From Diadema antillarum (lineage: Eukaryota): a stretch of 64,000 nt of DNA. Positions 39,670 through 52,356 of the stretch are shown here, one piece after another. The first letter of the stretch is position 1; each line of letters begins with the position of its first letter. The stretch lies in assembly GCF_040938485.1 (NCBI RefSeq), contig NW_027271468.1:248001-312000 (forward strand), in the 5' to 3' direction. The notes under the pieces were generated by a model, which was not told the origin of the DNA, did no database searches, and was given only the letters and a program-made list of their open reading frames with translations. The translations under genes were made by a program, and so were the position numbers.

Positions 39670-42129
39670 TATATAATATATATTTGTGTCGCATGAAGCA
39701 ATGGTGAATTGCAGAAGAAATCCAAGAAGTTGTATCCTTTGAATCGATTTACTCCTGAATTGTTTAAAGCGATGATTTTGTAGGAAAACAATAAATCATT
39801 TTGTGTGTGGTGTATGAAGCGATTCCTGAAAAAGGATATAAGGGTACACCTTGATCATCAACCATAATACGATTACAGTACGTAATTTTTACAATTTTGT
39901 TATAAACTAATGAAAGAGTAATTAGATGCTGACCTCGTCGTGCCTTCTTAAATCGCACAATGGATGTGATTGCGACGTAAATCCATGTTTCATGAAAACG
40001 TTCTAACGAAAATTTTCGTATTAATGTCCAGTTTTGCTGAAAATTACGCCGGTCTGTTGGTGTGCGTTTACGCTATGTTATATTCAAGTAGTTTCAAGAC
40101 GTATTCCATTCGTGCACTCTAATTCTGTAAGTTTTTCTTAGAGGAGAAAAAAAAATTAATTGATTGTGAAAGAGAAACACACACACACCTATATCTCAAC
40201 ATTGTTATCTTTCTTGGTTATTATTCGTTGAATGTATCCGATATGTATCATTGCAATTCGAATTGCAATCGATTAATTTTTCGATAAGTATATGTTTTTG
40301 TTCTTTTGTTTAACTTCCAACAAATTAAAGTTCCACTGTAATTGAAATACGAATGAACATGCTGGTTTAGGAAAAGACTTAACAAAGTTTATTTTAATAT
40401 GAAGTGACTCCCAGGTCTTCATACGGTTTGTTGGACGTGATTTTTTTAGTAAGATCAGTGCGCATATAAACAAACAAGTAGTTCAGGATTTATTTTTCAA
40501 ATCGAAGAATAAAAGACACAACTTGTCAATGATTATTTACTTCTGATATAGATACTCTGTAGATGTGACCACAACCTTTCTTTTCACATTTGATATAATA
40601 ACGTGAATAGTTTGATTTTGTCGCCTGTCTTATATGTGTGAAAAACTCTATTTTTCTACCGTTTTTTTTTCATACTTTGGCTTTATATTGCCCAATTTAG
40701 GCCTGTGAGACAAAATACAGAAAAAGGATATTATTTGATCAAATTGAGTCACGGTTACTGTATAACGGATCCTATAAATCGATGAACATTTGTCTTTGTC
40801 GCCGTGAGACCGATGCGATAATATCGATTTGCTGATGTATATGATATATTTATCGAATTGTTTATTTTCTTTCTAGGACAAAAATTATATTTATAGAGGC
40901 ATCAAAATGTAAAATCGGGTTTGTATTTCTTTTTATGAACGTTATATTTAAGCAAGCGGGTACATAGTACAGTACATGGACTGACTGTAGTTACTGCAGT
41001 AGACGGCTTTTTGATATTTATGATGATCTGGTTTTGCCTATACACTGTACTTGTATTACCCTTTTGAAGCTCAAGAATATGTCGACAGGCTGAGATGGAT
41101 TGAAAGCATATTGCAAACTTATCTTTCAAGTTGAACAAGAATTATAATTGATATCATAGAGTTACAAACATTTTATTCGCGACCACGCATCAAGCAGTCA
41201 CCGGAATATCTTCCATGGACTTCTGCGTGTGAAAGACTCGTACAATATGTTTTTCTTATAGTTATTAACACCGTTCATTTCTATTATTACGGATTTCTTC
41301 CGTATTTATGTTTTTCTTATTGAGAAATATAATACCAGTGTAACTAATAAAAACAAAATAAAATGACAATATTTCGCATCAATGTCGTTGTGTATACAAT
41401 GTTGCTGAACCTATTTTGGACAGTATAATAATTAGCATTGCCTTTGGCACGTTGGTGTTCTACTACACTTAACCAACAGGAAATGCAGAAATCGGTTGAA
41501 AAGAAATGACTTGCATGTTATGATATCTCATAATTATGAATGCATTTATACATTCATAAATATTCAGTCGTCTTTAAGCAGGGTAGCTCTTTCAGTTTGC
41601 CAACTGTTCTACCAAGGGCCCTGCGTACATACAACATCCAGAGTGTGTCATATTACAAAGATACAAACTGTAAAAACAGTACATGAAAAAAAAATGCATG
41701 AGAACGGAGAACACTATAATATGATGCAATATTAATCAAGAGTGAAAAACGTTCATTGAGTAAAATGACACATTGTATAGATCAAACATTGTACACACCG
41801 AAAACATGTAAAGCACACATTATTTGCATAAAATTCCAAGTGAAGAATTTAAAAAGCCAATAAAATAAGATGAGTTAAAGGGAATAATAGGGCAGCCGTT
41901 TTGTCTGTCAGTTTCAATAAAACAACTCGACACAAGAATTCCTTAATTTGAATAAATAGGCAGTTCCCGCTGCTATAGATATAGGGCTAAGAACCTGGCA
42001 GTACTGCCTGGGTCCGTTTCATGATAGTCTTGAAACGTACATGTCGCATCTATCTTGAGGGAAATTTGTAAAACAAGAATATCTTTCTGCAATTTCATGT
42101 GAATTATATGTATGTGCATGAGCCTTTTT

Positions 42130-42385
42130 GTGACACGTGTTTGTGTGTGTGTGCTTGTGTTGCATCTGTCCTATGTAAATATGTTACTATTATACTTCTT
42201 GTTAATATGTTTAAACTTTAGTATGTTTTGCTTTGTTTTATATGTTTATCCGGGACCCCTTTTTTACAAGCTCTGCTTCTTTTGGGGTCCCAAACCATTC
42301 ATTATTCTTAATGCTGTATCCTTTTGTAAAATGTCAAATGTTTAATGAATTGGTTAAATAAACTTGAAACTTGAAACTTGAACTT
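42130..42385 (+). mobile_element. Probable CR1-type LINE 3' tail
   Basis: GGGACCCC..TACAAGCT..GGGGTCCC hairpin, AATAAA and (ACTTGAA)n terminal repeat. Confidence 0.45.
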
Positions 42386-44006
42386 CTCGTTCATAAGACA
42401 CTGCACTATGAGAGACTTCTTGAAATGAATTTGATTCTCTTTGAAAATCTCTTATAAATACATACAGTGTACCTACGAGCAACTGAGATTTATGTAAAGA
42501 CTTTTATGTGGTGACTTCATGATACGGACCCAAGGGGTACCATAAAGTACCATTCAAAGAGAGTGGAAAAGCACAATGCAAACTTTGATGTTTTTGTAGA
42601 AAAGAAATATATCTTTACCCAACGCTAACTTTTGTATCTTTTTTTTCTGTTTTCTTTCTTCTCCTTCATAACAGTTTATGAATAGAATAATGGAAAAGCT
42701 TTGGTTTACGTTTTAATGTCTTCCCGTTGTCACGGGAAAGCTCGCCAATTAATGTTACAATGATATACATATACCACGTGATAGAAACCCTGTATACTTA
42801 CTCGTGTGTTCGAATGAATAATGTCAGGAAGCCTGGAGGAAGAGGTAGCTGTGAGGTTTCATACAATAACTCATTTTTTTTTTTTTTTTTTTGTATGGGC
42901 AACTCGGATTTTTCTCTGGATCGAGCTTACTATAGATACTGTAGAGTCGATCCCTCCATCTCTGTCCATAGGTCGGCCTTCCTTGGAACGCTCTCTCTCA
43001 ATTCAGCGGCATGTCAATCGGTCAAAGTCCATGGTCTATAAAAAGCGTACTAACTTCTGTTAAGGCTTGTTTTTGATTTGTTTTGTTGATTCCTTTTTGT
43101 TTTATATTACGTCTTAGATAAGCTATTTTAGTCTTGGTATTCAGCAAAGTGCTCTGAAATGAAAGAATAAGTTTTCAATGATTACACTTGTTTTGATGTA
43201 AGACCTACATGTATACAATGTACCATATATACATATACATGCCCATCATTGATTTCTGTATTGATTACAACAACAACAACTTACAAGAGATATGCACAGT
43301 ATTGTGTGTCCACGGTATTATCCCTACCTTGGGCCCTGCTTTAGAGTATACCACACCAGAACCTTCTAATTCTTTTGGATGACATTAGTACCTTTACACG
43401 TTGCGTCCACATACATGTATAGGTCCTACGTTGTACAAAGATTATAAAGTTAAGGACCCAATGTGGCATAACCTGGTATAGGAGAATGTTCAATGTTTTC
43501 TGGTGTTATGAGTCCTTGTTTGCAACCAAACGTGAACAGACATAAGATTTGTTAAGTCGAATTTTTACATCACATTAAACCTATGAATTCGGATGCCAAG
43601 TGTTTTAAAACTCAATTAGCATGACTAGTGTTTATACTGTCCCTGAGGAAATGATGGGCTTTCATATTATCCATTGGTATCATATAGGCATCTACTGAGA
43701 ACTGTATTCTTTGTGTACATTGCTAGACTCATCGCAGTCGCTCGCGTGCAAAATATTTCACCAAAGTGAGTGAGGAGTGTCAATAGGCGTAAAGTATGGC
43801 GTCATATAGGGCCTATACAGAAGCACTGTCGGAAGAATCCTGGAAACGAAGTATACGAGTATATGATAAAGCATCTCAGAAACATGATTACAGACAAGAT
43901 ACATTTTGTACATCCGAAATATGGAACAAAATAAAGGACATTGCTAGACAATACTCTTGCGCACACTCCTCGCTCCATACATAATGACGCAATCTGCAGG
44001 TTAAGC

Positions 44007-44030
44007 GGGGAATCCCCACCAGAAATTCCC
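44007..44030. promoter_or_regulatory. Two adjacent NF-kB-like motifs between the paralogs
   Basis: GGGGAATCCCC (44007-44017) and AGAAATTCCC (44021-44030); sequence match only. Confidence 0.25.
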
Positions 44031-44066
44031 TGTTCGCTGTTATACAAATGATGCACAGGATAGAGT

Positions 44067-44188
44067 GCGTTAGTGTAGGCGTAGTGCACTCGAGGGTATT
44101 TACAATTGTGAAACATGCACGAGGCGAAGCCGAGTGCATGTTGCACTACATTGTAAATACCCGAGAGTGAGCTACGCCTACACTAACG
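44067..44188. repeat. Imperfect ~55-bp-arm hairpin with GAGGCGAAGCCGAG core (non-autonomous element)
   Basis: GCGTTAGTGTAGGCGTAG..GCATGCAC-like left arm mirrored by GTGCATG..CTACGCCTACACTAACGC. Confidence 0.55.
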
Positions 44189-45451
44189 CCACGAAATAAT
44201 CCTGTGCATCATTTGTTTTATAAAATGGGTCGAAAATTCGAAAACTAACATCATTTTTCAGCGTTTTTCACGTACCTTTGTGGGTCAAGACGTCCGAAGA
44301 TGTTCGTCCCAAACTTTTACGCACGTCGCACTCGCGGAAGTCCCGCACATACAGTATAACTTGTATAATGGGGGGTTGGGTTTCCGGACACCCGCATGAA
44401 AACTTACTTATTTTACATAGAATATGCACCCTTTACCTTAAAGACTTGATATAGACTCCTCATATAGGCCTACTAGACAACATACTCTGAAAACGGCGTG
44501 AGAATTAACCTGCTAAATCGTTGGATTTGCTCTTCAAAGTGACTCCATGTACGCGTCCGGTCCCATAACGCTTGGTCTACTGTACTGTACAAAGTGTATA
44601 CAATCACAGTATACGTACGTACGCCACATTATGTTATGCACAAGGCCAGGGAAGACAGGCCGGCCGGCCGGCAGCCCGAACTAGAAGTTGTTTACAGGAT
44701 TGACAGCGCGTACGCGTATGCATGCAATTCATCAAAGGAGCCGCCGCGCGCACAGACGATCGGCAATCTACCATAGGATTACAGGCAGTGCAGTTGTACT
44801 GAAGTAAAGGAAGGAGGTGTGTCTCATTTCAGCGCTTCCTATTGGCTACATTCTTGAACCCATTTTATAAATACCAAACATCGCATTCTGCATTGGAAGG
44901 CGTTGCGTTGCGTTGTATTTACTTGGGTCGTAAGGCGTATTTAGAGTTTGTTGTGCACCTGATCTGGGGACGATTGTCTACTACCTTTGTACTTGCATTT
45001 TCATTGCTTGCAGGAAACTGAAAGGTAATGTGAAAATATTATACCTGTCTTGTATGGACACTGATAACGTATTGTGATAGAGCTGGTGTACGGTGTATCA
45101 TTTTTGCAACTTTGCACACTGTTATGATGCACTGCGGGTGAAATCATTGTTCTATACACAGTTCTAGTGCTGTGGTAAGCTAATACAGAGATCATGGTAC
45201 TTATTCATCGTTTCCTTTGATTTGCTATTATGTACCTTCGGTATGGAGTGTTTGTATCTTTGCATTCATTATTGCAATGAGAAGAGTGCCCAAGAACAAG
45301 AGGTCTTTATTTAGACTTTGTTTATTGTTTTGTTTTGGGGATTGTTTGTTAGATTTGTTTGTGGGTGTATGTGTGTGTGTATGTGTGTTTGATGTGTGTA
45401 GGTGAGCGCGCTCGCGAGTGTGTGTATGTGCTTGTTATATATTATATATAA

Positions 45452-45489
<38 letters not shown>

Positions 45490-45741
45490 CAAGGAAGAGT
45501 GAGACCAAGCAAGATGTAATAAAAGTGGAAAAATGGCTGATGTCTAAAAAATTAGATCCTATCAGTACACCAAGGAATCAAACAGTTTGATGCCATTTTC
45601 TCTTTTTTTTTGCACATGGATCACGCGTAGACACAGCACTCGTGGGAAGGGACAAGTTGAATATTAAGGACATGTTGCATGCTAACGATCGACTTTGGCA
45701 CAAGATTTATGTTGTGCTTGGATGGCTGAGGATCCTATATA

Positions 45742-46193
45742 CATGGCTCGACACTAACTTTTTTGTTTGGTGGCCCGATGGGGCCACCAAAATTCCTAAA
45801 TTTCAAATTTTTGGTGGCCCGAGAGAAAAATTTGGTGTCCCGAAAAAAAAAATAAAAAAACATTAAAAGTCCTTTTTTTTTAATGAGTCAAATACTCAAG
45901 ATTTATGATAGTAAGAATTAGAAGTTGGACATATCTATGCCTACTCATAAATAAACTTCAACAAACTTGCAACACTCACTCTCAGGCATTCATTCAGTTC
46001 TTTTCATCCATCCTTTGAACAAATTTAACTGCTAATTTCCGGCGCAAAAAGTTACGAATTTATTGACTTACTTTTCAAAAAATTTTGGTGGCCCGAGGCG
46101 GGCCACCAAATTTGCCCTTTTTTGAAATTTGGTGGCCCGACTTTCATTTTTGGTGGCCCCGGGCCACCGGGCCACCGTTAGTGTCGAGCCCTG
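45742..46193. mobile_element. hAT-like MITE
   Basis: TIR CATGGCTCGACACTAAC / GTTAGTGTCGAGCCCTG; CTATATA duplicated on both flanks; internal GGTGGCCCG/GGGCCACC sub-repeats. Confidence 0.75.
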
Positions 46194-46599
46194 CTATATA
46201 AAACGGTACGTATGCATAATCCATGTCTACATATTTCATCTGTTCTGCGCAGGAATGTGAATTGCATTGCAGTACCATACGTGTAAGCATGCAGGAACAA
46301 TAGTGACGTTATGGAAAGATATATACAGTATACATGTAATTGTTAGGTGCTGAGCATGCACAATTAGTGCGCTGTCGGCCGATATGTGGTACAACAATCA
46401 TGTCAGTTTAGCACTGTTTTCAGAAAACTATGGATGACAGTTCATATTTATGCTGTGTAAAGTGGTGCCCTCGTCCCTTGCACTGTAGCTTGGCGTTTTC
46501 ATGTGTAGGCCTAAAACACTTCATTCATGAAACCGGAATTGCCTTGCCCGATGACTTTATTCGAGCCTCTGCTCGCTTGGTACAGCAAGAACTGCGAGG

Positions 46600-46990
46600 T
46601 TAAATGCATGCATGGCTGATCACCTGAATCACCTGAAGGGTTTCTGTCGAGTGACCAGCATAGAATAGAATGGTCAGGAATTGAACCTAACACAGGAATA
46701 GAATGCTTGTCAATTAACTTTGCAACAAGCAGAACATAAAAATTGGAGTACAGGTTTAAATCATGGTAGGGTACGATACAGTAGTCCAAAACTGAACTTC
46801 CTTTATAGGATACACAAGTAAAATTATCATTTGTATATCTACCATTTAGGCAGCACAAATTTGATTGGCGAAACACAAAAATCCATAAATAATCTTCCTT
46901 GACAGTTTGTTTCAAAGTCAATAGTCTTTCTTTGTCTAATACAATCTATGCCTTCGATAATATCTGATAAATCTCCAGTTCTCCATGTTA
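46600..46990 (-). mobile_element. Non-LTR retrotransposon AP-endonuclease fragment (frameshifted)
   Basis: RKTIDFETNCQGRLFMDF / LCCLNGRYTNDNFTCVSYKGSSVLDYCIV..IPDHSIL resembles the APE C-terminal motifs. Confidence 0.75.
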
Positions 46991-48153
46991 TTTTGATTTC
47001 ATCTTCATTCTCCAATCAATGTTCAAGTTCCAAGATTCATAAATATAGGACAGAAATATGAAAGTCATGGAATTGCGAAGTTCCGCGTGTTTAAATTGAA
47101 TTGAAACTTTATTTTCACTTTTTCAACAGAATGTAGGCCTAGGCCTACAGAAAACTCTGTGAAATATATGCATGTTATACACAGGCGTCAAAGAATAATA
47201 ACGTGTTCATATGTCTCTAGTTAGTACCAGAAGAGACACATTCAGTTATTATATACAAACATATTAATTATACATTCTGCGAAGAAAAAAAAATGGAGGT
47301 ATACCCACTCAAAAGACTGTATACTGTGGTACCTACGTGGGTACCTCTTTATTACGAAACCTACATTGATCGCAATCGCATAGACTAGATGATTGATATT
47401 GTCATTGCCATACAAATAACCACTGGTTTTGGTGTAAATAATTTACAAACTCATCCTTTCGCGTGAATGAAATAAATAAAATCTCCCCTCATCCGTATAT
47501 ACAATACTATCACTGATGATAATTCTTATAGTTGTAAAACAATTCGAGTTACAAAGGGTAAGTCTTTGAATTACTGTGATAAGGGAAGTGGACTGATGGT
47601 GCTCGTTGTATAGTTGTTTGTTTGTTCGTTTGTCTGTTTTTGATGATCACGGGATAAAATGCCCTCGATTCCCCTCGTCATAATGGAATGTGCGTAATAA
47701 GCCGAAAGTTAGGCATTTTGATTTCAGACTAAACCATAAGCAACTGAACAAAGAAAAAGTCTGCAATTCACTGCTAAGTGTGTTTAGAATCACACTACAG
47801 GTACAAAAATATTTCGACACTAAACGTACAAACGACATTCCATGTCCCATCTATGTTCTCTATGTACTCTAGAGCAGAGTACCATTGTATGAAGTATACA
47901 AATCCACCGTCTATTGTATACGCAACTGACATCAGGATATGTGTTGGAGGACGTGAAGGCTGTGGTTTCCTCCGCCTCCTCAAACTTTTCATGGACTCAT
48001 CTCAAACGGATAGAAACCAAATTCGATTGGACCTCCAGCTTACGGACCTCCAAATGTCGGAAATGATCGCGAGTTTGGTCTGCTTTCTGACAGCATTATA
48101 AACTGCATTCCTATAATACGCATCAACATGAAACCTGTTTATATAGAAACATG

Positions 48154-48201
<48 letters not shown>

Positions 48202-49134
48202 TCAGGCGTTTCCAAACGGGTTATTATCCCAGACCTAAGATGAAATGAAAGCTGTTTTGTTTGTGACGGAAGCGGACTTTTCACCGATAAATCACGTCAT
48301 TAGGATCCAATAAGTCAATAATCTATTATTCTTTAACTGCAATTCCAGACGATTTATGTAATTTCACATCATGTAGTGGTCTATACATAACTCTGGTGTA
48401 TACACGTCACGAGTTATACTGCCCACAAGTCTCCCCTAAATACTCCACTTGAGGCTGATGTTAAATAGATTTTGGTGTGTTCCATAGCATGTTCGTTCAA
48501 ATGGTATTTTTTCACTGTTTTTGTTTCGTAGAGACGTCGATTTAGGGCAGTGATAAAGAAGGACTGACTTTTCTTTTACCTCTATACCAGCCACTGAATC
48601 GGCTTGTTACCACTCGCAACAATGAGCATGGAACAAAAGTGAATGACGAGATGGGTTCAAAGTGCAGGATGGTCTAAGTCTACAGGAGCTGGTCTAAGAG
48701 GAAATGAACCGCATTCAAATCCACGGGAGACATTATTATACATACACTCATTGCGAATGTACAATGTGCCACAATGCCACATTATGCCACTGATGCCATA
48801 CACTCAGCTTTCTGCGAATTTTTTGTTTTGTTTGTACGGTTTTATAGTTGGTCTTCACATGTACTTTAAACTTCCCCTAACATACTCACGGGACCTGCGG
48901 CTGTACAAGCTAATGCTTTTACGCAGGCCCCATCATATTTTTTTTTCGCATTATGACCACAGTGTAATTCGCATGCATACAGACCTCGTGTTTATACCAA
49001 ATCAAACTTCTGTACATTCTGATGAAGTCTCATCTGAATTATGTTTTGTATAATTTTCGTATTTATATACTTTATTGTGATATATGTGAGAAATATGAAA
49101 ATAAATTGAAATGAAATTATAAATATATTATGTA

Positions 49135-49822
49135 CAGTGTGTCTCTAAAAAAGTAAACCCAACTTCAACGGCAAATTTTCAGAAAACTACAAAATATTTA
49201 CACATTATTTTTTCATGGTTAGATAGTCCAATAAGTCTTCTGTCCAATGATACCACGTAGGTTATGTAACTCTCATGCATGACTGAGCATGATTCAACTT
49301 AGTGAATGGGTGTGAAATCATCACTGTGGCAAGTTCCGTGATCAGCATATACTTTCTCACATTGTACCAGATAGCTCTTTTTGTTGGAGGCTGCCTGTCG
49401 GGGAACTGCACCCGAAAAGCCTCTTGAACTTCCAAGAAACTTCTTGTTTCCTGGTATCGAGTTACCAGGAATACTCTCTGCTCAATTGTCAACTGTACCA
49501 TGTGTGGAAAGCATGTGAAGTGTGAATGTGTCAGGAACAACCTTTGCTGAAGTTGTTATGTGATCATAGGCCTAACATGTGACAAAAATTTAACTTCAAA
49601 TATGCCCTGAATGCATGACAATAGCAAGAAATAACTTGCCACAGTGATGATTTCACACCCATTCACTAAGTTGAATCATGCTCAGTCATGCATGAGAGTT
49701 ACATAACCTACATGGTATCATTGGATAGAGGACTTATTGGACTATCTAACCATGAACAAATAATGTGCAAATATTTTATAGTTTTCTGAAAATTTGCTGT
49801 TGAAGTTGGGTTTACTTTTTTA
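49135..49822 (-). mobile_element. Internally deleted Tc1/mariner-superfamily element with ~190-200-bp TIRs and the transposase N-terminal HTH (DUF4817-like)
   Basis: TA|CAGTGTG left end; 49135-49335 mirrored at 49633-49822; ORF 49501-49262 MVQLTIEQRVFLVTRYQETRSFLEVQEAFRVQFPDRQPPTKRAIWYNVRKY. Confidence 0.82.
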
Positions 49823-51019
49823 TGGTGTGTTCCATAGCATGTTCGTTCAATTTGTTTTGTATGAATTTGTATCGATTACAAACATGTGTTATTGGAAATC
49901 AAATTTCTTTTGATTTGAAAACAAAAAGAAAAGAACCCTGATAGGTATATACCGCGATAGGTAATTCATAATTCCAGGAGAGAAAAGTGTACAGCAGTAA
50001 AGTTAGGTAGACTGTCAGTCATCTAAGTTCAAAAATAATTGCCAAAAGTAGCTGGTAACCAACAAAAGCATTTCAACATTTTAAACTTTATTTTCGATAT
50101 CTAATTTCGAACAGAGCAAATAGTGTGAGAATGTTTCAGTCACGTGAAGAAAGCCAGGGAATTTCGTTTACTTTATTAGTTGATTAATGTCATTTAGTGC
50201 CCTCTTCTCCACTGCAACATACTGGGCAACATCATTATCTTCACTATCATCACAGTCATCGCCATCAATACCAATGTCATTATCTTCATTATCATCATCC
50301 TCTTGAATATTTTCACTATCATCATGATAATTATCATAAGCATGACTATCATTGTCATCATAGTTATCATCACCAATATCACCTTCGTCATCATCAACAT
50401 CAATCTTTCTACCCTTTGAAATACTAAAACCATTTCGATTACTTTGATTGCTTAAAAGTCAATTGAAATGACATCTATGACGAATCACGACTAGCTGTGA
50501 AAGTGGAATTCGTTAAACAGATGATAAAGCATTTCAACTTTGACCGTTGTCCAGGACCATTGCCTGGGTGCTAACCACACACTCAACATCAATCTTTCTA
50601 CCCTTTGAAACAACAAAATTGAACACTATTCAGCTATTGCCAACATCAATGTCAGTGTTATCTGATGTATAGTTTTTGAACTATTAAGGATCAAGTGGGA
50701 AATATATATGTTTTTGTAACTCGAGCAGTTTCATTTTAATTGCATTTTAGATAACACGGCTAACATAAACTGGCTAATTAAGGTGAACTCCTCAGTGCAC
50801 ATGTTCTAAAGCTTTAAGTCAATTAAACATGTTCGAATTAAGAATTGATATAATCCATTGATAACATCTGATATATTAGCCATGATGTTTCCTAAAGCGA
50901 GATTACGACAATCGTAGGGCTACATGTGCTATATCAGTGATGATGATGATAATAATATAATAATAATGATAATAATAATAATGATATTAATAATAATAAT
51001 AATATTAATAATAACAATA

Positions 51020-51085
51020 ATAATAATGTCTTATTTATCCAGGAAAGCTTCTTCAGTGTTGCCACTGCTCTACCAGAGGGCCCTG
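51020..51085 (-). mobile_element. L2/Crack-like LINE 3' end remnant
   Basis: Minus strand CAGGGCCCTCTGGTAGAGCAG..CTGAAGAAGCTTTCCTGGATAAATAA followed by (ATT)n. Confidence 0.45.
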
Positions 51086-52112
51086 CCACATGACGAATTT
51101 AGTCATCAACTACTGCACATTTTTGTTTTGTTTGCTTGCTTGTGTGGCGTGTGTGATGTGGTTTTGACGAGGCACATCAGTCACCATGGTTAGCACTCGT
51201 ACAAAACAAAATACAATACAAAATTGAATCAATTCATCAACGCCCTGTTTTAACTCCGAGAACGGTTTCACGTCCGATCCTGGACGCTTCATCAGCTTGT
51301 CTGATTTGGCAATGTTTGGTGGCGGGAAGGCGTCTCGATCGTTGCCAATAGGGGCAGACGCACTACCAATGTTATTGTTCTGAGTTAGTCGTCGAGGATT
51401 ATTCCAACACAAAAGTTGCTATAGTGCGATGACAATTTCTTGTTTATGTGTATAGGTAACTAAGTGTTGGAGTGTATGATTTAAGTATGTTAAACGGAAT
51501 CGAAATATCAGTGATAAAGATAATATGTTATGTCAGTACGTATGTGCATCGTGGCAGTTCAAAATGTTGAAAGGTCTCATTATGCATTTGTGTGTATATA
51601 ATGCGTAGCGACCTGGGATGCGACAACTGTGATAGTTTTCCTTTTATGATCAGTGAAGAGCGTGCATATATATATATATATATATATATAATCTCCATCA
51701 CCATTATATGCATTTATATACATGTGTTATAGATTAAGATTAAAGTAAGAGAGAAGAAAAGTAGCCATTGCTTGAGTTAATTAGGTAAGGGGTGGGTTCA
51801 GTATAATGTCATTGATTTCGGGGCTATCTTTTTTTTTGTATGTCGATCAGCGAATTGACGGAATATCGGAATCTACCTTAAAAAATATGCGTTGTGGACA
51901 TAATGGGGAGAAAACGGTGTATACTCATACGTGTATATACCTCTTTGCATAATTAATGTGTATGTTGAAGGTTCAAAAGGAAGAATGTCTCCGTAGATTA
52001 CCATGACAATGCGGAAAAACCAACGTTTTGGGGGTCATAACAGTAAATTTGTCTGCTTGATTATCTAACTCTTGTCAGAATCTGTCAGCAAGACTGTGTG
52101 TAAAAGGAGAAA

Positions 52113-52356
52113 ATGGCGACGCTGCAAATAGGTCAGCGGGTCGTGCGCAGTGACATGTGGACCTGGCCGGACCAAGATGGTGGAAGTGGTCACGTGGGTA
52201 CCGTAGTGTCACTTCCAGGACGTTCCATCCTTGAGGTGCTAGGGTCCGTTCCCCATGGATGGGTCAGAGTTCGATGGGACGTAGGTAACGGCAACAACTA
52301 TCGCGCTGGCGGTTCCGAGAAATATGATCTGCTCCTTCTCGACAATGCTCCAGCTG
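52113..52356 (+). CDS. Gene 2 exon 1: MIB/HERC2 domain
   Basis: IGQRVVRSDMWTWPDQDGGSGHVGTV..VRWDVGNGNNYRAG..YDLLLLDNAPAG; G|gtgagt donor. Confidence 0.93.

Noticed and set aside
50194-50433. His-rich and Met/Ile-rich ORFs (also 26363-26623, 8434-8825, 63432-63973)
   Set aside because: Translations of CAT, GAT, GT or AT microsatellites
38766-52112. RING-finger exons for gene 1 downstream of the kinase, or another gene in the spacer
   Set aside because: No C3HC4-like exon or coherent ORF seen; only transposon fragments and low-complexity ORFs
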